Shown here: positions 19,276 through 29,594 of the stretch, one piece after another
How positions within the stretch are numbered: position 1 is the first letter of the stretch
How the letters are laid out: every line of letters begins with the position of its first letter
From: Candidatus Omnitrophota bacterium
Lineage (GTDB): Bacteria; Omnitrophota; Gorgyraeia; Gygaellales; Profunditerraquicolaceae
Direction of reading: 5' to 3'
Assembly (NCBI GenBank): GCA_022710715.1
Contig: JAKLGJ010000003.1
Span: 25,083-89,082, forward strand
DNA: 64,000 nt
Position numbers and translations under genes: made by a program
Notes under the pieces: model-generated
Told to the model about the DNA's origin: nothing
Databases searched by the model: none
What the model saw: the letters and a program-made list of their open reading frames with translations, nothing else

Positions 19276-20442
19276 TTATCTGAATGTTTTCTTGATCTTC
19301 TCGCCGAAACTTTCCCTGGATGCATCTTCTCCGGATAGACGCGCGAAATCTTCGATCAACTTACGCTGTTCGGCAGTCAGCCGGGTAGGAATATCCACTT
19401 CCACCTGAACCAACTCGTCGCCTACCCCGTGGCCGTGCACATCCGGAACGCCTTTTTCCTTGAGCCGGAAAATCTTGCCGCTCTGCGTTCCCGGCGGGAT
19501 CTTCATCGATACTTTCCCCTCCAGAGTGGGCACATCCACGTCAGCCCCCAGGATCGCTTTAGTCACGCTGATCGAAATACGGGTGATCAGGTCGTTGCCG
19601 CGACGCACAAAAACCGAATGCGGCTTAACCTCGATGATCACGTACAGGTCGCCCCGTCCGGCAGTCCCGGCTTCTCCTTCGCCGCGCACGCGCAGATTCG
19701 AACCGTTATCCACTCCCGGCGGCACCTTGACCCGGATAGTGCTGGTTTTACGCTGCCTGCCTTCGCCGCCGCAAGCAGGACACGGTGTCTGGATAAACTC
19801 GCCCTGCCCCCGGCATTTCGGACAGGTCTGCGCCAGCTGAAAGAATCCGCTGGATACGACTACCCGGCCGGACCCTTTACACTGGGTGCAGGTGATCTTT
19901 TTGGAACCGGGTTTAGCGCCGCTGCCGCCGCAGGTCTCGCACATCTCGTACCGCGGCACCGTGATCGATTTCTCCACTCCCCCGGCCGCCTCTTCCAGGG
20001 TGATCGAAACGGTTATCTCCAGATCGCGGCCGCGCCGCGCCCGCGGGTTTTGCCTGCCGCCCGACCGGCTGCTCCCGCCGCCGCCGAAAATATCGAACCC
20101 GAGATCCCCGAAAATATCCTCAAAGATACTCCCGCTGAAACCTCCGCCGCCGCCGAAAACGCTGGAGAAATCCGCGCCTTTGAAAATATCTTCATAGGCG
20201 TATTTCTGGTCGATACCGGAATGACCGTATTGATCGTAGAGCTGGCGCTTCTGGGTATCGGAAAGAACCGCGTACGCTTCCGAGATCTCCTTAAATTTCT
20301 CTTCCGCTTCTTTTTTCTGCGCCGGTTCAACCCGATCCGGATGGAATTTCATCGCCAGCTGACGATAAGCCTTTTTGATCTCATCGACGCTGGCGGACTT
20401 GGCGACGCCCAGCACTTCGTAGTAATCTTTCTTCGTAGACAT
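19276..20442 (-). CDS. dnaJ: molecular chaperone DnaJ
   Basis: J domain KDYYEVLGV...HPDR. G/F-rich linker. Four CxxCxGxG zinc repeats. Start set at MSTKK; the alternative upstream ATG at 20520 has an AAGGA SD. Confidence 0.85.
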   Translation of the reverse strand: MSTKKDYYEVLGVAKSASVDEIKKAYRQLAMKFHPDRVEPAQKKEAEEKFKEISEAYAVLSDTQKRQLYDQYGHSGIDQKYAYEDIFKGADFSSVFGGGGGFSGSIFEDIFGDLGFDIFGGGGSSRSGGRQNPRARRGRDLEITVSITLEEAAGGVEKSITVPRYEMCETCGGSGAKPGSKKITCTQCKGSGRVVVSSGFFQLAQTCPKCRGQGEFIQTPCPACGGEGRQRKTSTIRVKVPPGVDNGSNLRVRGEGEAGTAGRGDLYVIIEVKPHSVFVRRGNDLITRISISVTKAILGADVDVPTLEGKVSMKIPPGTQSGKIFRLKEKGVPDVHGHGVGDELVQVEVDIPTRLTAEQRKLIEDFARLSGEDASRESFGEKIKKTFR

Positions 20443-20574
20443 ATTCTTCACAAGATCAGCTAACAGGCTTTCCGGGGACAGGTTATTACTCGCCCGTTGT
20501 AGACGCGCGGGCGGCGTCATAATCCTTATGTCCCCTGCAAGCCTGTTAGCTGCTCTCCTTAACCTTTATTTGAT

Positions 20575-20634
20575 GGGGACGTTCCCCAAGGTACCACCCC
20601 TGGTTCCAGGGGTGGTACCTTGGGGAACGTCCCC
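20575..20634 (-). promoter_or_regulatory. 29-bp perfect inverted repeat between dnaK and dnaJ
   Basis: ggggacgttccccaaggtaccacccctgg / ccaggggtggtaccttggggaacgtcccc, 5 nt after the dnaK stop. No U tract follows. Confidence 0.6.
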
Positions 20635-20639
20635 GATTT

Positions 20640-22556
20640 TCATTTCTCCTCTTTGAACTCGGCGTCGATGACGTCGTCGCCTTTACCTTTGCTTCCGGCG
20701 CCGGACTGCTGCTGCGGTCCGGATGACTGTTCCGCTTCGGCTGCGCCGCCCGGCTGCGGACCTGCGCCTGCGCCGCCACCGGCTGCGCCGGCCTGCTGTT
20801 TGGCAGCCGCCTGCTTGTAGATCTCTTCAGCCAGCTTATGCGACACTTTGGTCAGCTCTTCCATCTCTTTTTTGATGCGATCGGTATTCTTGTCCTTGAT
20901 CGCGCTCTTGAGATCGTTGAGCTTGGCCTCGATGCTCGCCCGTTCCTCCTGATTCACCTTATCGCCGTAATCCTTCAACGACTTCTCGGTGGCGTACGCG
21001 AGCGTATCGGCCTGATTGACCAATTCCACCTGTTCCTTGCGTTTGACGTCTTCGGAGGCGAATTTCTCCGCATCCTTGACCATCTTGTCGATCTCTTCCT
21101 TGGACAGTTTCTTGGGAGCGGTAATGCGGATGGATTGCTCTTTCCCCGTGCCCAGGTCCTTGGCGGAAACGTGCACAATACCGTTAGCGTCGATATCGAA
21201 GGTCACCTCCACCTGCGGAATGCCGCGGGGCGCCGGAGGAATACCTACCAGGTCGAAACGACCCAGTTCCACATTGTCATCCGCCATCTGGCGCTCGCCC
21301 TGCAGGACCCGGATAGTCACCGCGGTCTGGTTATCGGACGCGGTAGAGAACACCTGGCCCTTGCGGGTAGGAATAGTGGTGTTGCGTTCGATCAAACGGG
21401 TGCAGACGCCGCCCAGGGTTTCAATGCCCAGCGAAAGCGGGGTCACATCCAGAAGCAAAACATCCTTCATCTCGCCCTTGATGATCGCCGCCTGGATCGC
21501 CGCGCCCATAGCCACGCACTCCATGGGATCGATGCCGCGTTCGATCTTCTTGCCCACGTAATCCTCGACGAATTTCTGGACGATAGGCATGCGGGTCGGA
21601 CCGCCGACCAGAATGACCCGGTGCACGTCCGCGGGAGAGAGTTTGGCGTCCTTCAATGCCTCTTCCATGGGCTTGCGGCAGCGCTCGATGATCGGCCCTA
21701 CCAGCTCTTCCACTTTCGCCCGGTTCAAAGACATGGTCAGATGCTTCGGCCCGGTAGCATCGGCAGTGATAAAAGGCAGGTTGATATCCGTAGTTACGCT
21801 CGATGACAATTCGATCTTGGCCTTTTCCGCGCCTTCCTTAAGCCGCATCATCGCCATTTTATCCTTGCGCAGATCGATGCCGGTCTCTTTCTGGAACTGT
21901 CCGGCGATATAGTCGATCAACACATTGTCCATGTCCGTACCGCCCAGCTGCGTGTCGCCGTGGGTGGATTTGACTTCGAAAACGCCTGAAGCCATTTCCA
22001 TGATGGTCACGTCCAGGGTTCCGCCGCCGAGATCGAACACCATGATCTTCTGTTCCTTCTCCGATTTTTCCAACCCGTAGGCAAGACAGGCTGCCGTAGG
22101 TTCGTTGACGATCCTTAGGACCTTCAACCCGGCGATCTCCCCGGCGTCCTTGGTCGCCTGACGCTGGTTATCGTCGAAATACGCCGGACAGGTGATCACC
22201 GCTTCTTCCACCTTGTCGCCCAGGTAGGCTTCGGCATCCTGCTTTATCTTCTGCAGGATAAATGCCGAAATCTGCTGCGGCGTATAATCCTTGCCCATCA
22301 CCTTGAAGTGATAATCCTGCCCCATCTTGCGTTTGGCGGCATAGATCGTGCCTTCAGGATTGATCGCTGCCTGCCTGCGCGCCGGCTCCCCTACCAGCCT
22401 CTGACCATCCTTGGTGAACGCCACATAGGACGGGAATGCCTTTCCCGACGCCACGCCCGCGCCTTCCGCGGAAGGAATGATCACCGGCCTGCCTGCTTCC
22501 ATCACCGATGCCGCTGAATTCGAAGTCCCTAAATCGATTCCGATTACTTTAGCCAT
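20640..22556 (-). CDS. dnaK: molecular chaperone DnaK (Hsp70)
   Basis: GIDLGTSNS...DLGGGTLD...GGTDMD and the full-length Hsp70 architecture. Confidence 0.95.
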   Translation of the reverse strand: MAKVIGIDLGTSNSAASVMEAGRPVIIPSAEGAGVASGKAFPSYVAFTKDGQRLVGEPARRQAAINPEGTIYAAKRKMGQDYHFKVMGKDYTPQQISAFILQKIKQDAEAYLGDKVEEAVITCPAYFDDNQRQATKDAGEIAGLKVLRIVNEPTAACLAYGLEKSEKEQKIMVFDLGGGTLDVTIMEMASGVFEVKSTHGDTQLGGTDMDNVLIDYIAGQFQKETGIDLRKDKMAMMRLKEGAEKAKIELSSSVTTDINLPFITADATGPKHLTMSLNRAKVEELVGPIIERCRKPMEEALKDAKLSPADVHRVILVGGPTRMPIVQKFVEDYVGKKIERGIDPMECVAMGAAIQAAIIKGEMKDVLLLDVTPLSLGIETLGGVCTRLIERNTTIPTRKGQVFSTASDNQTAVTIRVLQGERQMADDNVELGRFDLVGIPPAPRGIPQVEVTFDIDANGIVHVSAKDLGTGKEQSIRITAPKKLSKEEIDKMVKDAEKFASEDVKRKEQVELVNQADTLAYATEKSLKDYGDKVNQEERASIEAKLNDLKSAIKDKNTDRIKKEMEELTKVSHKLAEEIYKQAAAKQQAGAAGGGAGAGPQPGGAAEAEQSSGPQQQSGAGSKGKGDDVIDAEFKEEK

Positions 22557-23160
22557 GGTTAACCTCCTCGTTACCAGCCCCCTCTTGTTTGGGCTGCGTT
22601 TTTTTACGGGACACCTGGACCTTTGCCGTCCGAAGCACCCGGTTACCGATCATATATCCTTTTTGCATCTCCTCCACCACTGTATTTTCAGGCAGGTCAT
22701 CCCGTTCAACCTGCATTAACGCCTCGTGCACATGCGGATCGAAACACTTGCCCTTCGACTCCATGCAACAGACTTTATTCCTGCGCAGCATGTCGTGCAG
22801 CCGCGACAGGATCATTTCCACGCCTTTTAAAAAAGCCGTGAAATCCTCGTGCTTTTGCTGCGACAACTCTATACTGCGTTCCAGATCGTCTATGCTGTTG
22901 AGCATCTCGCAGAGTAATTCCTCATTGGCATAGCGGGTATATTCTTCACGGTCCCGTTCCCAGCGCTTGCGCGCATTCTCGAATTCCGCCTGCAAACGCA
23001 CCAGCTTATCCCAGTTCTCCGCGGCTTTTTGAGACTGCTCTTTCAACTGGTCGTACTCGGCCTGCGTCAGGGTAACCGTTTTCTGCGCTTCGGCGCCGCT
23101 TTTTTTCGCTGCTTCCTGCTCGTCTTTCTGATTTTTCTTATGTTCGTTCATATGCCACAT
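22549..23160 (-). CDS. grpE: nucleotide exchange factor GrpE
   Basis: [19 protein letters not shown] and the C-terminal GrpE fold motifs. Confidence 0.85.
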   Translation of the reverse strand: MWHMNEHKKNQKDEQEAAKKSGAEAQKTVTLTQAEYDQLKEQSQKAAENWDKLVRLQAEFENARKRWERDREEYTRYANEELLCEMLNSIDDLERSIELSQQKHEDFTAFLKGVEMILSRLHDMLRRNKVCCMESKGKCFDPHVHEALMQVERDDLPENTVVEEMQKGYMIGNRVLRTAKVQVSRKKTQPKQEGAGNEEVNHG

Positions 23161-23165
23161 ACCGG

Positions 23166-23906
23166 TTAAAATTCGTCGAGTAACGTATTGAGCGTATTGG
23201 AAATGAACGCAAGCGTGGAAACCGTCTGTTCATAGCTCATCCTGCGCGGCCCCAGCACTGCGATCTTTCCCTTCCCCTTCTTCCCCTTGTGATACGAAGA
23301 AACCACCAGCGAACATTCCTCGCTGATATTCGGACAGGATATCTCTCCGCCTATAAACACGGTCAGCGGCTTATCCTGGTCCTGATTCAACAGATGCAGC
23401 AACTGGCTTTTCTCCTCCAGCAAATGCACCAGAGCCTGCAATTTGGCGTTATCGTGAAACTCCGGTTCCTTGATGATATTGCTCAAGCCGGTGTACAGGA
23501 TGCGATCGCGCCATTCCGAAAAAGAAATGATCGCGGTATAATGGGTCAAACGGGCGATCATCTCCGAGGTCTTCTCCAGGACGTCTTCAAAAGAACTCAA
23601 CCGCTTTTTATACTCCGAAATAATGCTTTCCTTCTGTTCTTCGGACAGGCTGAATTCGCCCATCAGGAAATCCACGTAATAGCGGTACCCTTTGTCGGTA
23701 GGCACCCTGCCCGCGGAAGTGTGCGGCTGATAGAGGTAGCCGTGCTCCTCCAGCTCGGAAAGGATGTTGCGTATAGTGGCCGAACTCAACCCGAAAAAGT
23801 TCATCAAATCGTGCGAACTCACGGGGTTACCGGTCTGAATATACGCGCTCACCGTAGCCGCAAGCACCTGGTTGTTCCTTATGGAATGATCTACTGTCCT
23901 CACCAT
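23166..23906 (-). CDS. hrcA: heat-inducible transcription repressor HrcA (short form)
   Basis: LAATVSAYIQTGNPVSSHDLMNFFGLSSATIRNILSELEEHGYLYQPHTSAGRVPTDKGYRYYVD is the HrcA N-terminal wHTH. Confidence 0.8.
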   Translation of the reverse strand: MVRTVDHSIRNNQVLAATVSAYIQTGNPVSSHDLMNFFGLSSATIRNILSELEEHGYLYQPHTSAGRVPTDKGYRYYVDFLMGEFSLSEEQKESIISEYKKRLSSFEDVLEKTSEMIARLTHYTAIISFSEWRDRILYTGLSNIIKEPEFHDNAKLQALVHLLEEKSQLLHLLNQDQDKPLTVFIGGEISCPNISEECSLVVSSYHKGKKGKGKIAVLGPRRMSYEQTVSTLAFISNTLNTLLDEF

Positions 23907-23929
23907 AACCCTATAATTTTAGCACACAA

Positions 23930-26504
23930 TTACCTGCTGTCAATGGCGATCTCCCCGTTCTTGACCTCAACCGCAACAGCGTCACCGGCTTTGATCTTTC
24001 CTTTAAGCACATCGAGAGCCAGAGCATCAACGATCTTCTTCTGGATCAACCGTTTAAGCGGCCTGGCGCCATAGGCAGGGTCAAACCCTTCCCTGGCCAG
24101 AAACGCCACGGTCTTATCGCTAACCTTCAAAACCACATTGTTGTTTTCCTTGAACCTCCTGGCGATCAACCCCAGCTGGATAGCCACGATTTTTTCCATA
24201 TCCTTCTGGTCCAGATAATTGAATACTACGGTCTCATCGACCCGGTTCAAGAATTCCGGCCGGAAATGAGACTTGAATTCCTGATCGATCTTACGTTCCA
24301 TCACCTCCCTGGGTTCCTCCCGGTTCAAAAGCTGCGTCCCGAGATTGGATGTCATCACTATCACCGTATTCTTGAAATTCACCACCCGGCCCTGCCCGTC
24401 AGTCAATCGGCCGTCGTCGAATATCTGAAGCAGCACATTAAAAACATCCGGATGCGCCTTTTCGATCTCATCGAACAGGATCACTGCGTACGGCCGCCTG
24501 CGCACCGCCTCGGTCAATTGCCCGCCTTCCTCGTAGCCCACGTACCCCGGAGGAGCGCCGATCAATCGTGAAACCGAGTGTTTTTCCATATACTCGGACA
24601 TATCGATGCGTAGCAGCGCCTGTTCATCGTCGAAGAGGAACCAGGCGAGCGATCTGGCCATTTCGGTCTTGCCGACGCCGGTCGGTCCGACAAAAATGAA
24701 GACCCCGGCCGGACGATTCGGATCAGCCAGCCCGCTGCGCGACCTGCGAATGCACGCGGATACCAGCTCTACGGCGTTATCCTGGCCGATCACCCGCTCT
24801 TTAAGCCGGTCTTCCATCTTCAGCAGTTTTTCGGTTTCACCCTCCATCAATTTAGTCAAGGGGATACCGGTCCATTTGGAAACAACCACGGCAATATCGT
24901 CCTCATCCACTTCCTCTTTAAGCAGAGAGCCGTTACGCTGCAGCTGCGCCAGTTTTTCGCCGGAAGCTTTTAACCGCTCTTCCAGTTCCCGGAGCAGTCC
25001 ATACCGTATCTCGGCAACCCTAGCCAGGTTGGCGCCTTTCTCGGCGCTCTTCTCTTCTTTCCTGGCTTCCTCGATCTGTTCCTTGACCCGGCGTACTTCC
25101 AGGATCAGATCTTTCTCTTTGCGCCACTTTTCGGTCAGGTCTTTGCTCTGCTTGCGCAACACATCCAGATCTTCTTCCAGAGCTTTCAAGCGTTCCAGAG
25201 AAGCCTTGTCCTTTTCCTTCTTAAGCGCCTGACGCTCGATCTCCAGCTGCATGATCCTGCGATCGATTTCGTCGAGCTCCTGCGGCTTGGAATCAATCTC
25301 CATGCGCAAACGGCTGGCCGATTCATCGACCAGATCAATAGCTTTGTCCGGCAGGAAACGATCGGCAATATAGCGGGCGGAAAGCCGGGCTGCGGCGATC
25401 AACGCCCCGTCCTTGATCCTTACGCCGTGATATAATTCATAGCGTTCTTTCAACCCGCGCAAAATGCCTATAGTATCTTCCACCGACGGCTGGTCGACGT
25501 ACACCTGCTGGAAACGGCGCTCCAGCGCCGCGTCCTTCTCTATATACTTGCGGTATTCGTCCAGGGTAGTCGCGCCGATACAACGCAGCATGCCCCGGGC
25601 TAGCGCCGGTTTGAGCATGTTCGCGGCGTCCACCGCGCCTTCGGCGGCTCCGGCGCCGACCAGAGTGTGCAGTTCATCGATAAACAGGATGATCTGGCCG
25701 TCTTTTGCCTCGACTTCCTTAAGCACGGCTTTCAGACGATCCTCAAATTCTCCCCTGAATTTCGCGCCGGCCACCAGAGCGCCCATGTCCAGAGCGATAA
25801 TGCGTTTATTCTTCAACCCTTCCGGCACGTCTTTCTGGGCAATACGTTGCGCCAGGCCTTCCACTATCGCCGTCTTGCCGACGCCTGCCTCGCCGATCAA
25901 CACCGGATTATTCTTGGTCCGCCGCAGTATCACCTGGATCACCCTGCGGATCTCATCATCGCGCCCGATCACCGGGTCCAGCTTACCCCGGTTCGCCATT
26001 TCCGTCAGATCGCGGCCGAATTTTTCCAGCGGCTTGTATTTTTCCTCCGGATTGGCGTCGGTAACGTGCTGCGCTCCGCGAATTTTGGCCAGCGCGGTCA
26101 GCACTGCATCCTTTCCTATATTCTGTTGCTTAAAAACCTGCGCAACTGCGCCGCCGCCGTCAAGCTCGGCGAGAAGCACATGCTCGCCGGAAATGAACTC
26201 ATCCTTGAGCTGCCGCGCCTCATGCTCGGCGTCTTTGAATAATTTATTCGTTGCCGGGGATACATACACCTGGTGCGCGCCGCTGACCCGGGTGAATCCG
26301 TTAAGAGCTTCTTCGACTGCCTTAATCAGGCTGAACGAAGATATGCCCAGCTCATCCAGCAGCATCACCAGAACACTCTCGTCCTGGCGCAGCAAAGCGT
26401 AAAACAAATGCTCCGGCTCTACCTGCTGATGCTTCTTTTCTTCAGCCAGGGCGATCGCCTGCTCCACGGCTTCCCGTAATCGTTGAGTCAATTTTTCTAT
26501 CTTC
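23930..26504 (-). CDS. clpB: ATP-dependent chaperone ClpB
   Basis: Two AAA+ modules ([16 protein letters not shown]) and a coiled-coil middle domain. The start is proposed at GTG (rc 26502-26504), 7 nt after a GGAGGG SD. The track's ATG at 26536 lies inside the CIRCE palindrome. Confidence 0.85.
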
Positions 26505-26525
26505 ACCTGGCGTCCCTCCGCAATC

Positions 26526-26552
26526 TTAGCAGTCATATCAAAAGACTGCTAA
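26526..26552 (-). promoter_or_regulatory. CIRCE-like HrcA operator variant (TTAGCAGTC-N9-GACTGCTAA)
   Basis: Perfect 9-N9-9 inverted repeat. It differs from the canonical TTAGCACTC-N9-GAGTGCTAA by a compensated C/G swap at half-site positions 7 and 8. It sits in the clpB 5' UTR, upstream of hrcA in the same strand series. Confidence 0.6.
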
Positions 26553-26569
26553 CAACAAACCAAAAAAAT

Positions 26570-26839
26570 TTAACCCTCGGACTTACTCTCCATCTCTATG
26601 ATCAACTTCACTCCGCTAACATTGACATGCCGGACTTCCATCAGATAATGCACATACTCCAGTTGCCGGACATCGCGATGCGAATACAACCTGATCTTTG
26701 TACCCATCCTTTTCGGTCTGACCACTCCGGCTTTATCCAGCTGGCGTAAGGTCCAAACAGGAAGACCGACCAGCTTGCTTACTACACTGATCACATACAC
26801 AGGTTCATCCGGACTTATACGCACTTCATAGATTCCCAT
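26570..26839 (-). CDS. hspR: MerR-family heat-shock repressor HspR-like
   Basis: YVISVVSKLVGLPVWTLRQLDKAGVVRPKR and VSGVKLIIEME align with HspR ([28 protein letters not shown] and LAGVKRILELE). Confidence 0.65.
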   Translation of the reverse strand: MGIYEVRISPDEPVYVISVVSKLVGLPVWTLRQLDKAGVVRPKRMGTKIRLYSHRDVRQLEYVHYLMEVRHVNVSGVKLIIEMESKSEG

Positions 26840-26867
26840 CTTTCCCCTCTTCTCTTATCACACTAAA

Positions 26868-26896
26868 AGATTATCATGATCTAACTAAATTGTCAA
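26868..26896 (-). promoter_or_regulatory. candidate promoter of hspR with overlapping imperfect palindrome
   Basis: The minus strand reads TTGACA, a 15-17 nt spacer, then GATAAT/TAATCT. AGATTATCATGATCT overlaps the -10 element. A second AGATTATCTAACT copy lies at 26917-26929. Confidence 0.35.
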
Positions 26897-26933
26897 GCAT
26901 TATTTGATAATTTTTATTAGATTATCTAACTGA

Positions 26934-28196
26934 CTAAACGGACTTTATTTCTAAGTCCTTTTCGGAGAGAACTTTATTAAAAAGATGTTTGGGGAGATTT
27001 AATCGAATCTGAACGCCTTTTTGCAGATACTCGACCTCGATCACTTTACCTTGAGTATAAAACCAGTGCACCAGATCCATCCGACCATGAGGCACGACTA
27101 TTTCCAGAGACACCATTTTGGCGGAGAAATGCTTCTGGATCTCCTCCAGCAGCCTGTCGATATGCGCCCCGTTGAGCGCGCTGATGGGAATCGCCTGCTT
27201 GAAATCCTCCTGCAGCCGCAGCAACCAGGCCTGGTCAGCCAGCAGATCTATCTTATTCAGCGCGGTTATCATCGGCTTATCCGCGTAGCCCAACTCCACC
27301 AGCACATTCATCACCGCGGCATAATGCTCATACACCTTAGGATGGTTGACGTCGAGCACATGAATAAGCAGATCGGATTGAGCCACTTCTTCCAGCGTTG
27401 CCTTAAACGCTTCGATCAAACCATGCGGCAGATTATGCAGAAAACCGACCGTGTCCGAGATGACTATCTGGTCGCCGTTAGGCAGCTTGAAACTTTTAGA
27501 AAGCGGATCCAGCGTGGTAAATAAACTCCTGCTTACTTCCTGCCCGGCGTCCGTCAATTTATTCAGCAGCGTCGACTTGCCGGCGCTGGTATAACCTACC
27601 AGAGAAACCGTGGACACCGCGTTTTCCTTGCGCCGCTTGCGCATCAACTCGCGATGCTGCCGCACGCCCCGGAGATCTTCCTTCAACCGTTCGATGCGCT
27701 GCCGGATCCTGCGCCGATCGATCTCCAGCTTCTGCTCGCCGGGACCGCGGGTCCCGATGCCGCCGCCCTGACGGGACAGGATGAGCCCCTTACCCACCAG
27801 CCTGGGCAGTAAATATTGCAGTTGCGCCAGCTCTACCTGCATTTTGCCTTCCGGACTCTTAGCGTGCTGCGCAAAAATATCCAGGATAAGCTGGGTGCGG
27901 TCGATAGTCTTGCAGCCGATCGCTTCTTCCAGATTACGCTGCTGCGTGCCGGAAAGGTCGTGGCTGAAAATCACCGTATCCGCGACCGTCTGGTCGACAA
28001 GCATGCGGATCTCTTCGGCCTTCCCCTTTCCTATAAGCAGGCCGGGCGTGGGACGATCCACCATACATTCCATAGCGCCGGCAATCTCCACGCCGGTAGA
28101 CCGGGCCAGCTCGTCCAGCTCGACAGACAGATCTTCCAGAGACCAGCTGCTCTTCTCCGCTTTCAGCTTCATCGTAACCAGCAATGCTCTTTCCAT
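26934..28196 (-). CDS. hflX: GTPase HflX
   Basis: HflX N-domain, then G-domain motifs GYTSAGKSTLLN, DTVGF, NKID. Start set at the MERALLV Met. Confidence 0.8.
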   Translation of the reverse strand: MERALLVTMKLKAEKSSWSLEDLSVELDELARSTGVEIAGAMECMVDRPTPGLLIGKGKAEEIRMLVDQTVADTVIFSHDLSGTQQRNLEEAIGCKTIDRTQLILDIFAQHAKSPEGKMQVELAQLQYLLPRLVGKGLILSRQGGGIGTRGPGEQKLEIDRRRIRQRIERLKEDLRGVRQHRELMRKRRKENAVSTVSLVGYTSAGKSTLLNKLTDAGQEVSRSLFTTLDPLSKSFKLPNGDQIVISDTVGFLHNLPHGLIEAFKATLEEVAQSDLLIHVLDVNHPKVYEHYAAVMNVLVELGYADKPMITALNKIDLLADQAWLLRLQEDFKQAIPISALNGAHIDRLLEEIQKHFSAKMVSLEIVVPHGRMDLVHWFYTQGKVIEVEYLQKGVQIRLNLPKHLFNKVLSEKDLEIKSV

Positions 28197-28283
28197 GAAG
28201 ATATTATAGCACAAAAAAGTCCCGGGGGGCAGCGAACTGCTCTCCGGGACTTTGAGCAAATGTTTGCGTCGTTAACCGGGCTG

Positions 28284-29537
28284 CTAATTGCCGTTCTGCG
28301 GCCAGACCACAGGTTCCCATTTATTTTCGTTGGTCAGGCCGAGTAGAACATTATTTATCACCTTGTACTGATTGCGGAACTCTTCCCGCATTCCGCCGGG
28401 ACGATACTCCACCGTGTCATCGGCGCTCTTGAACACATCGAAGTATCCGTTGTCGTCGAGATCTATGGCGCCGACGCCGCCATACAGATGATAACCCGCA
28501 TTCCAGTTTATCGCATCCGCCGCGGGCTTGCTCACGGCTGCCGGAACTTCGATGACTGCCTCGCCTGCGTCCGACACAGCATACTCCCCTGCGGTGCGGG
28601 GATTGAAGTTCTCGTTGGGCAGATCGTAGTACGTCCCGGAACCGTCAGGATCCACGGCGATCACCGAGCCCGTGGCGATCATATAATCGTGCGAATTAAG
28701 GACTGCGTTCATATCGCCGTATTTTATCTGCGCCGCCGGATACTGCTTGCCGATGGTATCGAGTATTGCCTTAGCGTCGTCCGGCTGCATCGAATTCAGG
28801 ATATCGTAGGCCTGATCGAGCTGCATGTCTTTCGGATTAGCCAGGATCTGAATTGCCAGGTCCATTCCTCCGCTTGTCGCCTGGCTTTTGTAAATCCCGG
28901 TCATTACCGTCCCCGCCTGTGCGGGGTCCATCGTACCCAGAACCCGGGCGACCTGGCCCACGTCCACTTTGGCCATCGCGCCCATCACCTGCGTCACTTG
29001 AGCGGTATCCATCTGATTGAATATCTGCGCTTTTTCGCCGGCATTAAGATAGGTGCTGCCCATCACCGAGGACAGCTTACCCGTATCCATCTGATTGCCC
29101 ACTATTGCCGCCGCCACCGCAGGCATATTCTTTATGGTATAAGCGGCGCGGTCGGTAGGCAGCGCATTGAATGCGCCCGCAACCAGCGCGGACTTGTTAT
29201 CGGCAACCAGCTGCGTGCTCACCAGGGCATTGACTTTGGTGTCGAGGGTAACCATCAGCCTGGCGGTATCGCCCGCAGTAGTAAAAGCGCTGGCTTTCTG
29301 ATAGGCGTTGCCTGCAGCCAGCTGTTGGCCCGAGCTTAAGGAAGCAGGCGAGGCAAACGTCTTGCTGCCGGTAGACACCTGCTGCTTGCCGCCGCTATCG
29401 ACAGCCTGGCCGGTTTCGGAGCGGGTCCAGACCCCGTTATTCCAGTAATTATAGGCCCAGGCATTCCCGCCTGCGCTTGCCGCTGCCAGGCCGCAGAGCA
29501 CCGCGCAGAGCAATACTACCGAACTGTACTTTTTCAT
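28284..29537 (-). CDS. secreted hypothetical protein
   Basis: Signal peptide MKKYSSVVLLCAVLCGLAAASA. Lies 57 bp downstream of the 29595 gene, so probably co-transcribed. Confidence 0.5.
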   Translation of the reverse strand: MKKYSSVVLLCAVLCGLAAASAGGNAWAYNYWNNGVWTRSETGQAVDSGGKQQVSTGSKTFASPASLSSGQQLAAGNAYQKASAFTTAGDTARLMVTLDTKVNALVSTQLVADNKSALVAGAFNALPTDRAAYTIKNMPAVAAAIVGNQMDTGKLSSVMGSTYLNAGEKAQIFNQMDTAQVTQVMGAMAKVDVGQVARVLGTMDPAQAGTVMTGIYKSQATSGGMDLAIQILANPKDMQLDQAYDILNSMQPDDAKAILDTIGKQYPAAQIKYGDMNAVLNSHDYMIATGSVIAVDPDGSGTYYDLPNENFNPRTAGEYAVSDAGEAVIEVPAAVSKPAADAINWNAGYHLYGGVGAIDLDDNGYFDVFKSADDTVEYRPGGMREEFRNQYKVINNVLLGLTNENKWEPVVWPQNGN

Positions 29538-29594
29538 AACTTCTCCTCTATCGCTGATATACCTGTCGAACTCCTAACCTTAAAGCCGGTAGTA

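Noticed and set aside
23907-23945. TTAGCACAC half-site between clpB and hrcA as a second CIRCE
   Set aside because: Only one half-site is present. The partner sequence CTGTCAATG is not its inverted complement.
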